A stretch of DNA of 64,000 nt from Azolla caroliniana (taxonomy: Eukaryota; Plantae; Polypodiophyta): positions 2,232,001-2,296,000 of the forward strand of contig JBHGNT010000001.1 in NCBI GenBank assembly GCA_043228905.1, in the 5' to 3' direction. Position numbers and translations under genes: made by a program. How positions within the stretch are numbered: position 1 is the stretch's first letter; the number at the start of each line of letters is the position of its first letter. Under the pieces are notes generated by a model, which saw only the letters and a program-made list of their open reading frames with translations, was not told where the DNA came from and did not search any database. Of the stretch, positions 37,301-50,600 are shown one piece after another.

Positions 37301-39799
37301 CTCTGTTTCTCTGCGAGCGTGTGTGTGTGTTAAAAATGCTGCCCAAAAGACACCATTTGGGGGAGAAGAAGAACAGAGAGCCAAATAAATTTTATTTATT
37401 TAAAATAAATAAATAAATAAATACCTCCCTTTTCCATCACATTTTCCACACCCTAAGAAAACACCAAATAGAGGGGAAAAATAATAATAATCGAATTTTT
37501 TAAAAATTAAATAAAAAATAAAAACAAGAAGATTTTTCTGTAAAAACCACCCCTGTTTCTTTGTTGTTGTTGTTGCCCCTACACCTTCGTGACAATACCA
37601 GCTTCTCCGACAATAAGCGGATTTGTGAACGGTTTTTGGGGCATGGTGGTTTTGTTCGCATGGGAGCTTCCTTGGTGGTGGGATTCCGGGAACAAATCGC
37701 AAGGGAGATGAGCCTCCACCCATCCTCGTATTATTATTGTTAACACTAGGATTCCCTACTCTTCTCATTCTACTAGTAAGTAGCAGCTCGTCTCCTCTTG
37801 ATGCCGATGCCCTGCCTTCGTTTCGGATATTCGAATGCTTCTCACATCCCAATGCCATCATTGCACATGCATTCGCCCTCCCGTTTGGGATGTTCGAATG
37901 TGCTCTAATGAGCTTCACGCCATGCAATTTCGACAACATGTGCATAAGTCTTTATTTTGGAGGTTTCATGATTCATACGCCCAGCCTATAGCCATGCATT
38001 CTAGAACACATTCGATGCTAATAAAGGTGACGCATGTTTTTACTCAACACATATTGATACGTGGGATTGAATCTCATTACATCCACCAAACTGGAGCTAT
38101 GCATGTTGTACGCAAATAAGCCTAATGGGTTTAACAAGCCAAATCCATGCACTTCAGAAACACGAACAATGCTTCTGGCGACCTTTGTTTTGACTAGATC
38201 CATATGCTTGAGTTGAAGTCTCACTAACTGCACGAAACAAAGAAAGTGTAAATGATCTAATGGCAACTCAATTTTGTGTACATTTAAGGAGCTCATCACT
38301 GCGATCCTTTGGAGTCACTATCCAAAGAAGCACATACAGTTAGGAACATGTCATTAATGAAAATGCTAACCACTAGCCATGCAATATGACTATCCGTCCA
38401 TTTATAAATATTGGCCTAAAACGAGTGACGAGTATCCCAACCAAATTCCAACTCAATTTACCAAAGAACGAATTGGTTTATCTTTGAATCAACTTATGAT
38501 AATTACCTCGTTCTTTGTGACCTTTTAGAAAAATTTGTGATTTAAAATTTATTGATCAACCATCTTGAAAACACTTGAAAATAGCTATGAATGGAAAATG
38601 CAACAAACATTTTTTCCAATTGGCTCCAAATTTCGAGATAATTGGGGGCACCCAAAACATCTTTTTATTTGTACAAAAGATCATTGACATCCTTTTGGAG
38701 TTCATGCTTGCATCCTTAATAGTAACAACATCGAAGCATGCCAAACATGTACATTCAGATCCCATGGACTCTTGTTTTATTTTTTTGAAAGAAAGATGCA
38801 CTTTATTATATTACTTGAAAATTGTACATGGAGAAAACAGAAGGAGACATTTCATCTCACTTGTATTGTGATACTGATACAAAGGCCATTATAAGCATTT
38901 GATCAAACAGATGATGTCATATATGAAACAAGTAGAACAATAAATATCAACTAGGCAACATAAAAGAAGGTATGGCATAACAAGAGTCCATGGACTCTTG
39001 CTATGCGTGGGATCTAAAGCTACTAATAGAACGAGTCCAAAGAGCAAGAAAGGAACAATTGTTCGACAAGAATTTTCCCATAGGATTGACTATGTGCATC
39101 CACTTTGACGCACAATCTTACTCTAGGGTTTCAAGTAACATCACACATAGCTTGAAGAAAAGCAATGATGCGAGAAACCATATAATGTGTAAGCTTCAGC
39201 TAGTTTACACTTATTTGCATTTATTGGGTAGGCAAATATGGCACTGTGCACCCTTTGTTCTATGACCTTTTGCAAGACACTCATTCAAAACGGAAGATAC
39301 GCTAATTGTTCTACATCCTATTGCAACACTGGTATCGATGATAAAAAGGGAAATCATAGGGGTCATAACTCATTGCACCATCTTAATCTCACATACAATT
39401 TTGGTCGTGTCAGATCTGCACTGTATAGGTTTGTCTAAAATCTCATTACATATTCACTCATTGAGCTAAGAACTAGATACATGTGCACCAATAGGATACC
39501 CCAAATGACTTTTGTAATAAGTTCACACTAAGAAGACAAAGATATTGGGTGTACCAATCATTGTAAGTCAATTGTTATATCGTACAATTATGACTATTGT
39601 AATACTACTTCAACTTTGCTCGTCACTCTTGCCATTCAGTTTCCAAGTGTCAGTATGTGTGTTTCTTTTTCTCTCTATATTAATTAGCTTATGTTAGTGG
39701 TAAGTTGTTAGACCATTGATGGTGTATATTGGGTTCAAAACTTAACTTCCTCACCTCTTTGTTACTCATACATATCCTCTTAATTTACTAGATGCCATT

Positions 39800-41350
39800 A
39801 TGGAATGTAGGGGTTGAAAAGATTACGCATTCCATGGAAAAGTATGCTCATAAATATGTAAGTTTCATATATCTAAATTCTCTCGGTGCAAGAATAAAAT
39901 CTAAAGTGTTCTAATCTAGTGGATATAATGGAACTAGTTGAAGAAAAGAAACCCACTAATATATATTATGAGAATTAGGCTGAATTGGATTTGTTGGCAA
40001 CATGGACAATTTGTTTGCATTATCAATTAATGTTTACGTTTTAGTGTTGGACTACAAAAACCCATTAAAGCTATGGAAGAAGTTGGAGGACACCTATGAG
40101 AAGAACATCACTTCAAATAAAGTTTACTTGATGTAGAGGTTCTTTGAGATTAGGATTAGCAAATCCGACCCTTATCACTACTCTAATCAGTGAGTTCAAC
40201 CAACATGGTAAATCAGCAATTGAAGATTCTAAAGATGACGCTAGATTCAAAGATGCAAGTAGTAATAATGCCCATGTGCATGTTGTCCAACTCACGAGAT
40301 ATTTTCTACACAATGCTCAACACCTATTGTGCCAAACCACATACTTTCATGCACATGTATGCAGAGCTATGATCAGTGCATAAGGGGATTAACTATGCAA
40401 GTTGCAAGTACCTGACCACATAAAATTGAGGAAATAAAGCATATTAGAAGAGATATAGCTCAAGAAAATCTAACTAAGGAATGTGGAGTGTTACAATTAG
40501 CACTAGAAAGGCCATTTTTAGAAAGATGTCATGGTCCAAGTTTAATGGGAGGAATCATGGTGATGGGCATGAAGACAAGCCAATCAACATCCTATCAAAA
40601 AGATTGGATAATACGGATGAATAAAAACTCTTTGTTCATTGGTTGGGGATGTCCTCTTTGCAAACAAGGTACCACAATCATGGTTGTTAGACATAGTCTC
40701 GTCATTCCATACGACACTGGATAAAGGCGCATATACTCACACTCGTAATCGTATACATTACACATGGACACAACACTATAATCTTTCACCCTCACTCATC
40801 ACACTCAAATCTTCGTACATCTCATGCGGTGACAACTCGCATATCACAAGCCCCATTGACTCAAAGTCATTCAATTGAGAGATTCCCATTACTGTGTGGT
40901 AATCAACATCAAATCCATGACATTGTGGTTGACAAATCAAAAGCAAGTCATTCTAGACACAATCTACCACGTTCTCAAACTTACTCGTACAAAGTAAATG
41001 AGATCGAATAAAGGTCATGACTGTGGAGTAGACAACCATGTAGTTGCAAGAGACATTAAATCATCTTTCTCATATGTGGTCCATTTATCTTAGAAGTAGC
41101 ATTTGTTGGATATAACTAGCTAGTTAACAAGAACATTACAACATGTCATTTTGGCAACTATTTCAAGAACCAAAATGAAGGTATTCATGAATTGCATCTA
41201 TATGCTTGCTCTCATCCTCTTTCAACTTCTTGCATTAAGAAAACAACTAAAACTTAGCATCTCATAAGATAATGCTCTTGATCAAATCTAGGGAGTTGTG
41301 TCCTTGGGATCAAGGTGACGATTGAAATAAGGATGAGACTTATTGATGTG
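39800..41350 (+). mobile_element. Old, internally deleted Ty1/copia remnant
   Basis: Gag-like LWKKLEDTYEKNITSNKVYLM (~40070-40135), protease-like SWLLDIVSSFHTT (~40680-40720), and a PPT-like AAGGATGAGA followed by TGATGTG near 41330-41350. Confidence 0.6.
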
Positions 41351-42739
41351 AATCATAAAGTTTGTGGATAATTAAGTAAAGGTTCACATCCCATTAGTAA
41401 TGATCGAGAAGAATCCACATGGGACAAGCAAAATCGGAGATCAATATGAGCATAACAAACATCTGAAGAATAATGACACACTCACATGAGCTTTTATCAA
41501 AATGTTTGCCAATCCTCAAGAACCAAGGTAGACCCATTTAGTCTCTTTTGTTCTCTTTTTGTGAAATTATTATACAGTATACCATAACATTATGCTACAA
41601 TACGAAGTGCAATGAATGTGGATTGTGCAAATAAGGCAATGTCATTTGCCATGCCACCTCTTTTGGGGATAGGGTTCCACTCTAATGGTAAGCCATGTTT
41701 CAATGATCCTGTGCATCAATATTAGATTCACTAGGAAGGGGCCGGTTGAACAAATAACCTTCTAGTTTCAAACATACAACCTTTCCAACAGAGTTACATC
41801 CATTCGGGCTCTTAGCATCTTTCGGGAGGACATTAATATGTCATCACCTCTGCATAAAGGACTTTACTCTATCCTTTTCTACAATTGGTCATAAACCTCC
41901 CTCCATTTCTCATTAAACAAATTGGCATTGTTTTGTACAATACTATACTGTAGATGAAAACCAAATTCCAACACCTCCATACTGTAGGGTTTTGTACACT
42001 ACTACTACTATAGATTATTAAGATGAAAATCGAAATACGAATACCTTTATACTATAGGTATTCTAGTGTCCACTCAACTCCAACTTTAATTATTAAATTT
42101 GTGTGTCTTATAACCTATTAGAGAACTTCTATGCTCACTTGCATCACTAAAGCATATACAAAAGAAAAACATTTTGAATTCGTTATATGGATATCAAAAG
42201 AGAAACTAAACAAGCCAAAAAACTTCTCCAATCACTAAGAAATGTAGTTACACCAGTTAATTATCAATCATACTCTTGAATCTACAGTGTAACTATTTAA
42301 CCTTCATTTATGATGTTATTTACGAAATAATCATCTATATCCATAAATCGTTGGATTTAAAATATAATTATTTGCGCCTAGCCTCTATAGTCTTGGTACA
42401 TTTGTAAGACATTATTTTTATGAGTTTATAATGGGTTTCGAAGTCTCTTAAACGCATGTGGAAATCATAACATATGATCTTTCTTTTTTTCCCCTTCCAC
42501 ATAAAGGCTTATTCTTCCAAGTAAAAATACAAACTAGGCTATGCATCCACCTAATGCATTTGAATTAGGATATGTATATATTCTCTTGATGCATCAACAT
42601 TATGTTAGGATTTGTCACAATTGAACATTCACACTAGTTCTCATGGATATCACAACGAGGCGCCCAATGCATCGTCAACCAATAAATGGGATTCTATATT
42701 TAACAAGAAATTACACTTTAATCATGATTGCACAAACTT

Positions 42740-43530
42740 TTTCCTTATTAATATAGCTTGTTGAAAGAAAATCTATTTTAACACAAGCAAAGAACATGTG
42801 ATTTGCTAGAATATTTGACTTTCTCTCCTTGGTTAAAGCACACAATTATATTAATTGCATGTAAAATCCACTTGTCAAAACACTTCTTAGTCTCCTCTAC
42901 CTACTTATCTTATGTTGGGAGAGGGACATCTTGTAACGCCACTAGAAAACCTGAATATGCACGAGATGAAATGATCCCCACATGTTATAACATCTAGAAA
43001 TTCCACATAGGAATGCCTTTTGAACTTCCTCAAATAGGCTTTCACCTCATGTATACTATCAAACATGAAAACATTACGCATATTCCAATTTTGTTGTAGT
43101 CCCCAATATCGTAAGATTTGGAACAATATCTCCAACTCATCATTTAAACCATTTTGAACATGCTGAGGAAAAACCCATTGTTGAGGCCTCAAATAACAAT
43201 GGGTTAAAACTTGCCAAATGTTCGATAAGTGCTTCCAACTTATGCACGTTATAGAACATTTAATGAGCCTATGTGTATTGTCCTCCAGCGGAATGATGCA
43301 AAAGAAGCGCGTACCTGACCCTAGTCCTCGTCTCTTTAAGGTTGAACCTAATGGGAGCCCACCAATCATGACTCTCCAAATGGATACCTTTGCATGAAAT
43401 GGCAAATGGGAAGGCCAACCACGTTGTAATATTTCCCACCACCTTGAATTCGACTTACGTAAATTCCACAACCTTTTAACTTTACGAGATAGCCAAGATA
43501 ATGATGCCATTTCATGATGATACAATATAT
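42740..43530 (-). mobile_element. L1-type LINE 3' fragment with zf-RVT region
   Basis: ORF 42905-43525 contains AKVSIWRVMIGGLPLG..LKRRG..FFC..LEDNTHRLIKC..SW, a degenerate zf-RVT. Confidence 0.75.
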
Positions 43531-43534
43531 TTGT

Positions 43535-43536
<2 letters not shown>

Positions 43537-43590
<54 letters not shown>
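43537..43590. repeat. (CT)n(CA)n microsatellite
   Basis: Directly visible; abuts the 5' end of the LINE fragment. Confidence 0.95.
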
Positions 43591-44703
43591 TCGAGATCAC
43601 CACTCAACTCCACACACACTACATGGAAACGTTTCACTTTTGTTCGCATGGGTCAATTTTTACCTTGAGTAAGATAATAATGTTTCAGTGTGAACACACA
43701 AATTATATTGTGTGTGAAAAACACTATATTGTCATATAACTATTTTACTGGTTTTGTTGCACGCATAGGTTGTGGGACATGTTGAAAGCACTAGTATGCG
43801 AGAAGAACATCCCGTCAAGGACAAAATCCACTTGCTCCAATAAATAATTTGCCAAAATAATAATCCAATTTCCACCTAGATGCCTTAAGACTGGGTTTAC
43901 CATCAAAAACATTTCACATTTCCCAATATGATGCAATCATGATGCCTTAAAAAGAGAAAAAATACCTCCATCTCAAACTTCACAAATTACATAAAAACAT
44001 TGTATTGGTGTATCGTGAATACGATGAACAATTAGAAACCACATGAAGTAATGAGGACTTTTGTCCAATTGAATCATGCAACACAAGTCATTGTTGGTTG
44101 CTAAACAATGCCTTTTAAAGCTAACCTTACAGGAGTGTTCCAAATCACCATCATCCAAATACACACCTTTATCGGGGATGGCAATTTAGAATGCCACCTA
44201 GGTTGTAAGAGCAATAAACATTCCTAGTCAAAGTTCGATGCTATTCTTGTTCAATCTTGGATTATAACCATCGAATTGATGCCACATATATTGGTACAAT
44301 ATATATGTTGTCACTGCAAAAAGTGTCTTAACTTATAATTGTCAATCCAACCATCGTTGCTCTTTCGACCTCATAGGAAAGGGGTAAACGACATTCCATC
44401 AATGATATGCTTTGCAAGAGCTACCAAATAAACCCATACTTAGATGTCTAACAAGCACTATACACTAATAAAGTTCCAAAATCTTAAAGATTGTGCATCA
44501 ACCACATATTCGTCCTCTTCAATTCCTAGTTGAAATAAGCAATTAAATTGAAAGTGTGATTTCTCTTTTCCCTACCAACATTATACTTTGGAATACACTA
44601 TAAAACCCTTTCTAAGGAATTGCCTTCCACTTTACTAGATGGGGACATTGGAGCAAATAAACCGAACCTTCTTGCCATGATACAATCAATTATTGAGCTC
44701 ATG

Positions 44704-44715
44704 CTCTCTCCCTCT

Positions 44716-44758
<43 letters not shown>

Positions 44759-44823
44759 GCACGCACACGCACGCACGCACACACGCACACACACGCACAC
44801 ACGCACACACGCACACACACACA
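44704..44823. repeat. (CT)n(CA)n(CACG)n compound microsatellite
   Basis: Directly visible. Confidence 0.95.
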
Positions 44824-44835
44824 TTCTTGCCATGA

Positions 44836-47733
44836 TACATAAAGGTGGAGATGTAAATAATGTAAACAATTATCGAACCATCATGGTTAGCTCATTAATG
44901 GCAGAACTATTTGGATATATAATTGAATCAAAGGTAAGTGTATGGGCTAAAAAAGATGGTAAGGGAGCTTATGGACAAGCTGGCTTTCGAAAACACCATA
45001 GCACCATTGATCACCTTGTCACCCTTTAAGTATTAATGGAGGAAAATTGCCTTGGAAGTAAAGGTTTATATTGTTGCTTCGTAGACTTTAAGATTTTTTT
45101 TGATATGGTACCTCATGACCATCTTTGGAGGCGAATGGAAGAACATAAGGTGTCAAGTGAATATATGCTTGCAATCTCCCGAATATATGAGATGGTTATA
45201 TGTTGTGTATGTATGAGCGATAAACTTTCAGATTTTTTTGATAGAACTATTGGTGTGAACAAGGATGCCCACTCTCACCAACTATATTTGGTCTATGCAT
45301 TGATGAATTGGAAGAAATGGTTGCCAAATTTGTAAAGGAATAAAGTGTTAAAGAAGTTGCAATTGGGAATGTCGTCATTATGCTATATGCGGATGATGTA
45401 CTGCTTTTTGCAAATACTTTAGGAGATGCGCAAAGCTTATGAAGGCATTGGAAATTTTTTGCATGCATACGAAATTAAGTGTTAATAGCTCTAAAACAAA
45501 GATTATGCTTCTGAAGAGCCAAAAAAGAGATAAGTCATGCATTATGTACAATAATGAGCCACTTGAATGTGTGGAAAGCTTCAAATATATTGGCTTTGAA
45601 GTTCCTTTAAATCATAGATAGAATGAGTGTGCTACACGCCGCTTAGGGGCGGGAAAACGAGCATATTATGCATTTGAGAACACATGCAATCGTGGAGATA
45701 TTAAATGTTGGGTCCTCAAGAAATACCTTTTCGACACTTTGGTGACACCGATGCTTCTCTATGGGTTGGCAGTATAAGTGGTAGCATCCCTAAATCTACT
45801 TGTAAAGAATGGGGAACCTGTACACATCGATACATGTAAGAGCCCATTCCATTGGCTTCTATTCGAACCATTGCTTCCACGCGGCTTAGCTCACATGCAT
45901 TGCAATTTGAGATGAGGCGTTGGGACACAAGTGATGAGAGTGGTCGACTATGCACACTTTGGTGACACCAATGCTTCTCTATGGGTTGGAAGTATGGGTG
46001 GTAGCATCCTTAAATCTACTTGGAAAGAGTTTGACATTTTTTTACAAAGTTTCTACAAGTTAAGAAACAAATGCCATACATCCTCATCCTCCTTGAGACA
46101 AGATCACTTCCCATTGAGATATTGGCCATGGAAAGGGTTGTTGAATGCATGCTTAAGGTTCAAAAAGTCCCTCACATCGACTTATTAGAATCGCATGGGA
46201 GCAAGCAAAAAGATCCAAAAGCCACATAAAAGAAACTTTGTGTGTTTCGATTGGATGAAAGATATGAAAAAGTGGTTCGATAGATTGGATGCAACACATT
46301 TGCTTCATGATGCAACACTAGATTCCTTTGTAAATGAGGCCTTTTTGTAACACTAATGTATCATGACATGGGGAAATGTGGAGGCTCACATTCATACATT
46401 ATACTACACATGTTGCACCTAACTACAAAACCATATTCTTCGCGGAATGGGGAAACCGTACACATCGATACATATAAGAGCCCATTCCATTGGCTTCTAT
46501 TCGAACCATTGCTTCCATGCGACTTAGCTCACATGCATTGCAATGTGAAATGAGGCGTTGGGACACGAGTGATGAGAGTGGACAACTATGCACACTTTGC
46601 CCTAAACAAGTTCGAGAGTTTGAGTATCACACTTTGATACAATGCTCTGCCTTTGATCATATTTGACCATGCTTTCCACACATCTTCGACCAAGCCCAAT
46701 CCTTGCACGAATTTCTCTCACAACTACAATGTGCACTCTCAATTACAACATTCATTGGTAAAGTTCTTGAACATTGAGAGTCCCTACTCACTTTCACATG
46801 TTGTCGTGGAGGATTCTAGCGAAGGGGAGAAAAGCTTGCTAACTGCGTGTGAACAGGGGTGTGCACGGGTGCACAAAAAAGAGTATTGTATAAAAACAAA
46901 TGTAAATATCAAGTAATAATAAGTACAAAAACATGAGTATTTAATAGGTACTTTATGATCACGCGGATAGAGGGGAATAAAGGTGAGTGATGACAAAGAA
47001 TCATGGGGAGAATCTCTGACCGAAATGTTTGTCTTAACAACCTTATGTAACACTAACCCTCCCTCTCCTTGAGCTAGAAAAAGAAGGGAGGGAGTCTGTT
47101 TTTGGGATCCATTGTTCTGGAGGAGAAGAAGTTGTTTGTTTACGCTCTGAGTTGTCGGTTTTCTACTCTTTTTTGTGCTAGTTCGGATAAAGAGGTGGAG
47201 GTCTTTATTCGCGTAGGAAGCCCGTGTGCTCCCAACTAGAGACTCACTAGTCGGTGTGTAAAAGTGTGTGTTGAGCTCGAGGCTCTGTCACCGGCCGAGT
47301 CCGGTTGTATTATTTCCTCTGTTTAATCGAATATTGGGTTTATTGTATCTGGGTACTTTCTATGTTCTCTACTCCCGTCTTGTGTTGCGTCCGTATCCGC
47401 ATCCTATCCGTTGTTTCTGGGAAAGAGTTGTTTTTGTCCTCCTCTGTTCTGTGCTTACTCATTGTGTTTGAGAGCCCATGTGCTCAGCTTTTGGAATACG
47501 CCGCCGAATCAAATATAGGTCCCACGAACCCACGTGCTCAGTAAAGAAATCTGGCAATGGGTCGGATAACCACTGCACGCTTAATAACCTCTCTCTATCT
47601 CGACTCCCTAATCCAAGACCCCTACGGTCTCGCCCTATTGGACACGTGAACGCAGAATACCGCGACAACGTATCACGTGAAATGTAATTTTTTTGGTCTC
47701 ATGGGTCCTATTTGACCTCCAAATACGATAATG

Positions 47734-47736
<3 letters not shown>
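44836..47736 (+). mobile_element. 5'-truncated, decayed APE-type LINE copy 1 (RTE-X/CR1-like by inference), interrupted by a solo LTR
   Basis: RT motifs NYRTI, QAGFR, FVDF..FD, QGCPLSPT and YADD; C-terminal LCTLCPKQVREFEYHTLIQC; multiple stops and frameshifts; ends at (TC)20 at 47737-47777. Confidence 0.88.
46802..47667. mobile_element. Probable solo LTR (866 bp)
   Basis: Termini TGTCGTGG...CCGCGACA (8-bp inverted, 1 mismatch). Flanks ATGT/ACGT fit a 4-bp TSD with one CpG transition. Richer in CpG than its surroundings; no coding remnant. Confidence 0.7.
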
Positions 47737-47779
<43 letters not shown>

Positions 47780-50149
47780 GTGAAAACACACCATTATATT
47801 ATAAATGTGTGTGAAAAATACTACTTACAATCAATGGATGTCACACTGGAATGTATGGTCACCCATTAACTACATGTGTAGTGGAACGTGTTGAATTACC
47901 AATAGCCAAGACAAACACTCCACTAAGGAAAGAGTTTCTACTTGCTCAAATAGTGGAATCTACCACATTAGTACTCCCTTTAACTTTTGTAGATATGCTT
48001 TGACTCCAATCCTACTATAAAATACGAAAGCATTATGCATATCCTAATTATGACGCAATCCCTAATACCTCAAAAATAGTTAAATGAACTTCATCTTCGA
48101 TTTTGGGTTGCCCTATGTGAATTATGCACACACCCACTGTCATGGTGTCAAATAACACTAAGACAAAAATTGCCGAATTTGAGAAATGTAACTCCAAATC
48201 TAACAAGCAATCAAACATTGTATGAAACGATGAGCACTATCTTCCACTTGAATAATGTAGAAAAAGAATTTGACCGTTGATAGTCCACATTGCTCTCAAC
48301 TAAGTGAATGTATACATACAATTGATCAAAACTATGAGAAGGTAATATATTAGATGAATCCCTTGTAAGTGGCGCGTCATGTTGAATGTAATAGGAACTT
48401 AATTATGCCTTTGATGAGAGAGAACATTGAATGCACAATTTCTAGATGGATTTGTATCTTGTGTATAATAATTAATATGATTAAAACTTTGTAGAGAGGG
48501 TGTATTAAGCTTTGTGTTACCATATTCCTTTTACTCTTAATTCATTTTTCTAAAAGAGATTGTCTAAATATGATAGTATTCCTACACATATGGATTTTGG
48601 ACTGCTTTTTTGAAGCTTTGGAGTTGCATTCTAGTTTTTCGTTTGGTAGATTGTAGATGATTTGGCTAACTTTTTCCCTTGTTGGTTGGTTCCGCTACTT
48701 TGGACATATACATATTCATCTCCTTAGCTCATTTAAGGGAAATATCTATGGGTTACCAATGACTTTTTCACAAGAAGATTTTGTATGTATCTTGGCTTCC
48801 TTTCCATCTACTTTGGATGTTATAGATTATATAACTTTGTATTCTTTTTTGAGAAAAAAATTTGGAGTTCGCCTAAAACTAAGTGGGATTATAACTTCTT
48901 TGTTGTATTGATTGAGAACGAATACCTCGGTCAGTATTAGATTAATCTACCTTGATTTACTTGTTGAGTAGCTATATTTCTTGATCTTGTGAGATGGTAT
49001 ACAAGTTTTAGGGTTTTGATGATTTTTAGAAATTGTTTTGGTGTATCATTGGTTTGGAGCAAGAGTATCACATGGAAGTTTGTATCCAATATCCAAAGAT
49101 ATTGGAGCATGTTATCATGTGTTTCAAATTTTGATGACACAGTTGCACTTTATTCTCCTCACCTAAGCGAGCATGTGTTACATTGAGCATTGGAGCATGC
49201 TATCATAATCAACATGCTCAAATTTATCTCATAAGAAAACCAAGTTGAACCATTTTGGACATTTAATTATGGAAGAATTTCTTAAGGAATGACCAAGCTT
49301 CAGTTTGGTAAGTTATTGTTCCCAAAATAATTCTCCTCAAAGTATGTATTATGCAACCCATGATATTGCATTATTTTTGTTTCTACCATGGACAAAGAAG
49401 GTTTTGTAATAAGTTTTGCTACCTCCTCAATATTTGTTGTGGAGAATGCGGGATAAGATGGGAACCACAAGGTTGCATGGAACCATCTAATAACCCCTAC
49501 GCGCTTGGGGGAGTTGCAACGTTCTGTTGTTTATGCATATGATGGCTTATAGATTTTTGTTATTTTAAGACATGTGTTCACACTCACAACATTGGATATC
49601 TATTGGCCAATATTTCATTAAGAAGAAGGATGTAAATGGGAGGACAAAGATTAAGGCATAGTGTTAACAAATACATAATAGAAGTATTACACTAAAAATC
49701 TCTTAGTCTTCATGTGTTCAACGCTTGGTTGTCTCATGGCATTAAGTACTCTCTAATTTGTATGGACACCATCATCTACTAATATTTAATTTGTATGGGC
49801 ATCATTATCTAATAAAGAACATTGTGATTCTTCCCATATTGAGTGTGTACGTCTTCTCGATCCTTATGTTGGCATCAAAAGGAGATATTGTGCTCTCAAC
49901 TTTATCACTTGTTTCATTTGGGGGTCAAAGAGGTAGGAGTAGTTAGGCTCGATCTCAAATAAGTTTGGAGTTTGTTGAAGTGTGATGATTATTATGCACA
50001 TCCATCCAAATATGAGTTTATTTGGTAGTAACCACAAAATATAGCATTGATGCAAGGTCCTTTACCTATACAAGCCAAAGAGCAACCACGGGTTGAATGA
50101 CGTTTACAAGGTAAGGCATTGTCTTTACAAATAAGTTATAACTACTAAT

Positions 50150-50600
50150 CTCTTGTAATATTGCTCATTGGGTTGATCATGGCATTAGCTCTAAAGAGAC
50201 ATGGACTAACAATAAGCAATATTGCATCTTGCACACTATTTAAGTGGAAACGAATATGGTATTCATCATTTCATACAAAGTTTGATTGCTCATTATATTT
50301 GGGGTTACATTTCTCAAAATTGGCAAGTTTTTCACGTCGTTGTTTGATGCCAAGACAATGGGTGTTTGTACAATTCATACAAATTAATTTGAAAGAAATG
50401 GTGATCGTTTTCCTATTTCTAAGATATTGGAGATTACATCATAATGGGATATGCACAATGTTTTTATATTTGATGATAAGCATGGAGTTAGAGCATATGT
50501 ACGAGAGTTGAAAAGAGTACTAATGTGACAATTTTGTTTATCGGAGCAAGTCAAAACTCTTTACTCAATGGAACATTCATCTTTCCTATCAACGAATCAA
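50150..50600 (+). mobile_element. Degenerate L1-type fragment related to 42740-43530
   Basis: LALKRHGL...RCLMPRQWVFVQFIQ..IVFLFLRYWRL parallels LKRRGL...CYLRPQQWVFPQ..ILFQILRYWGL. Confidence 0.65.

Noticed and set aside
37400-39450. 181-aa and other short ORFs upstream of the CCCH gene
   Set aside because: No recognisable domain or splice structure; probably promoter plus decayed transposon that I cannot classify.
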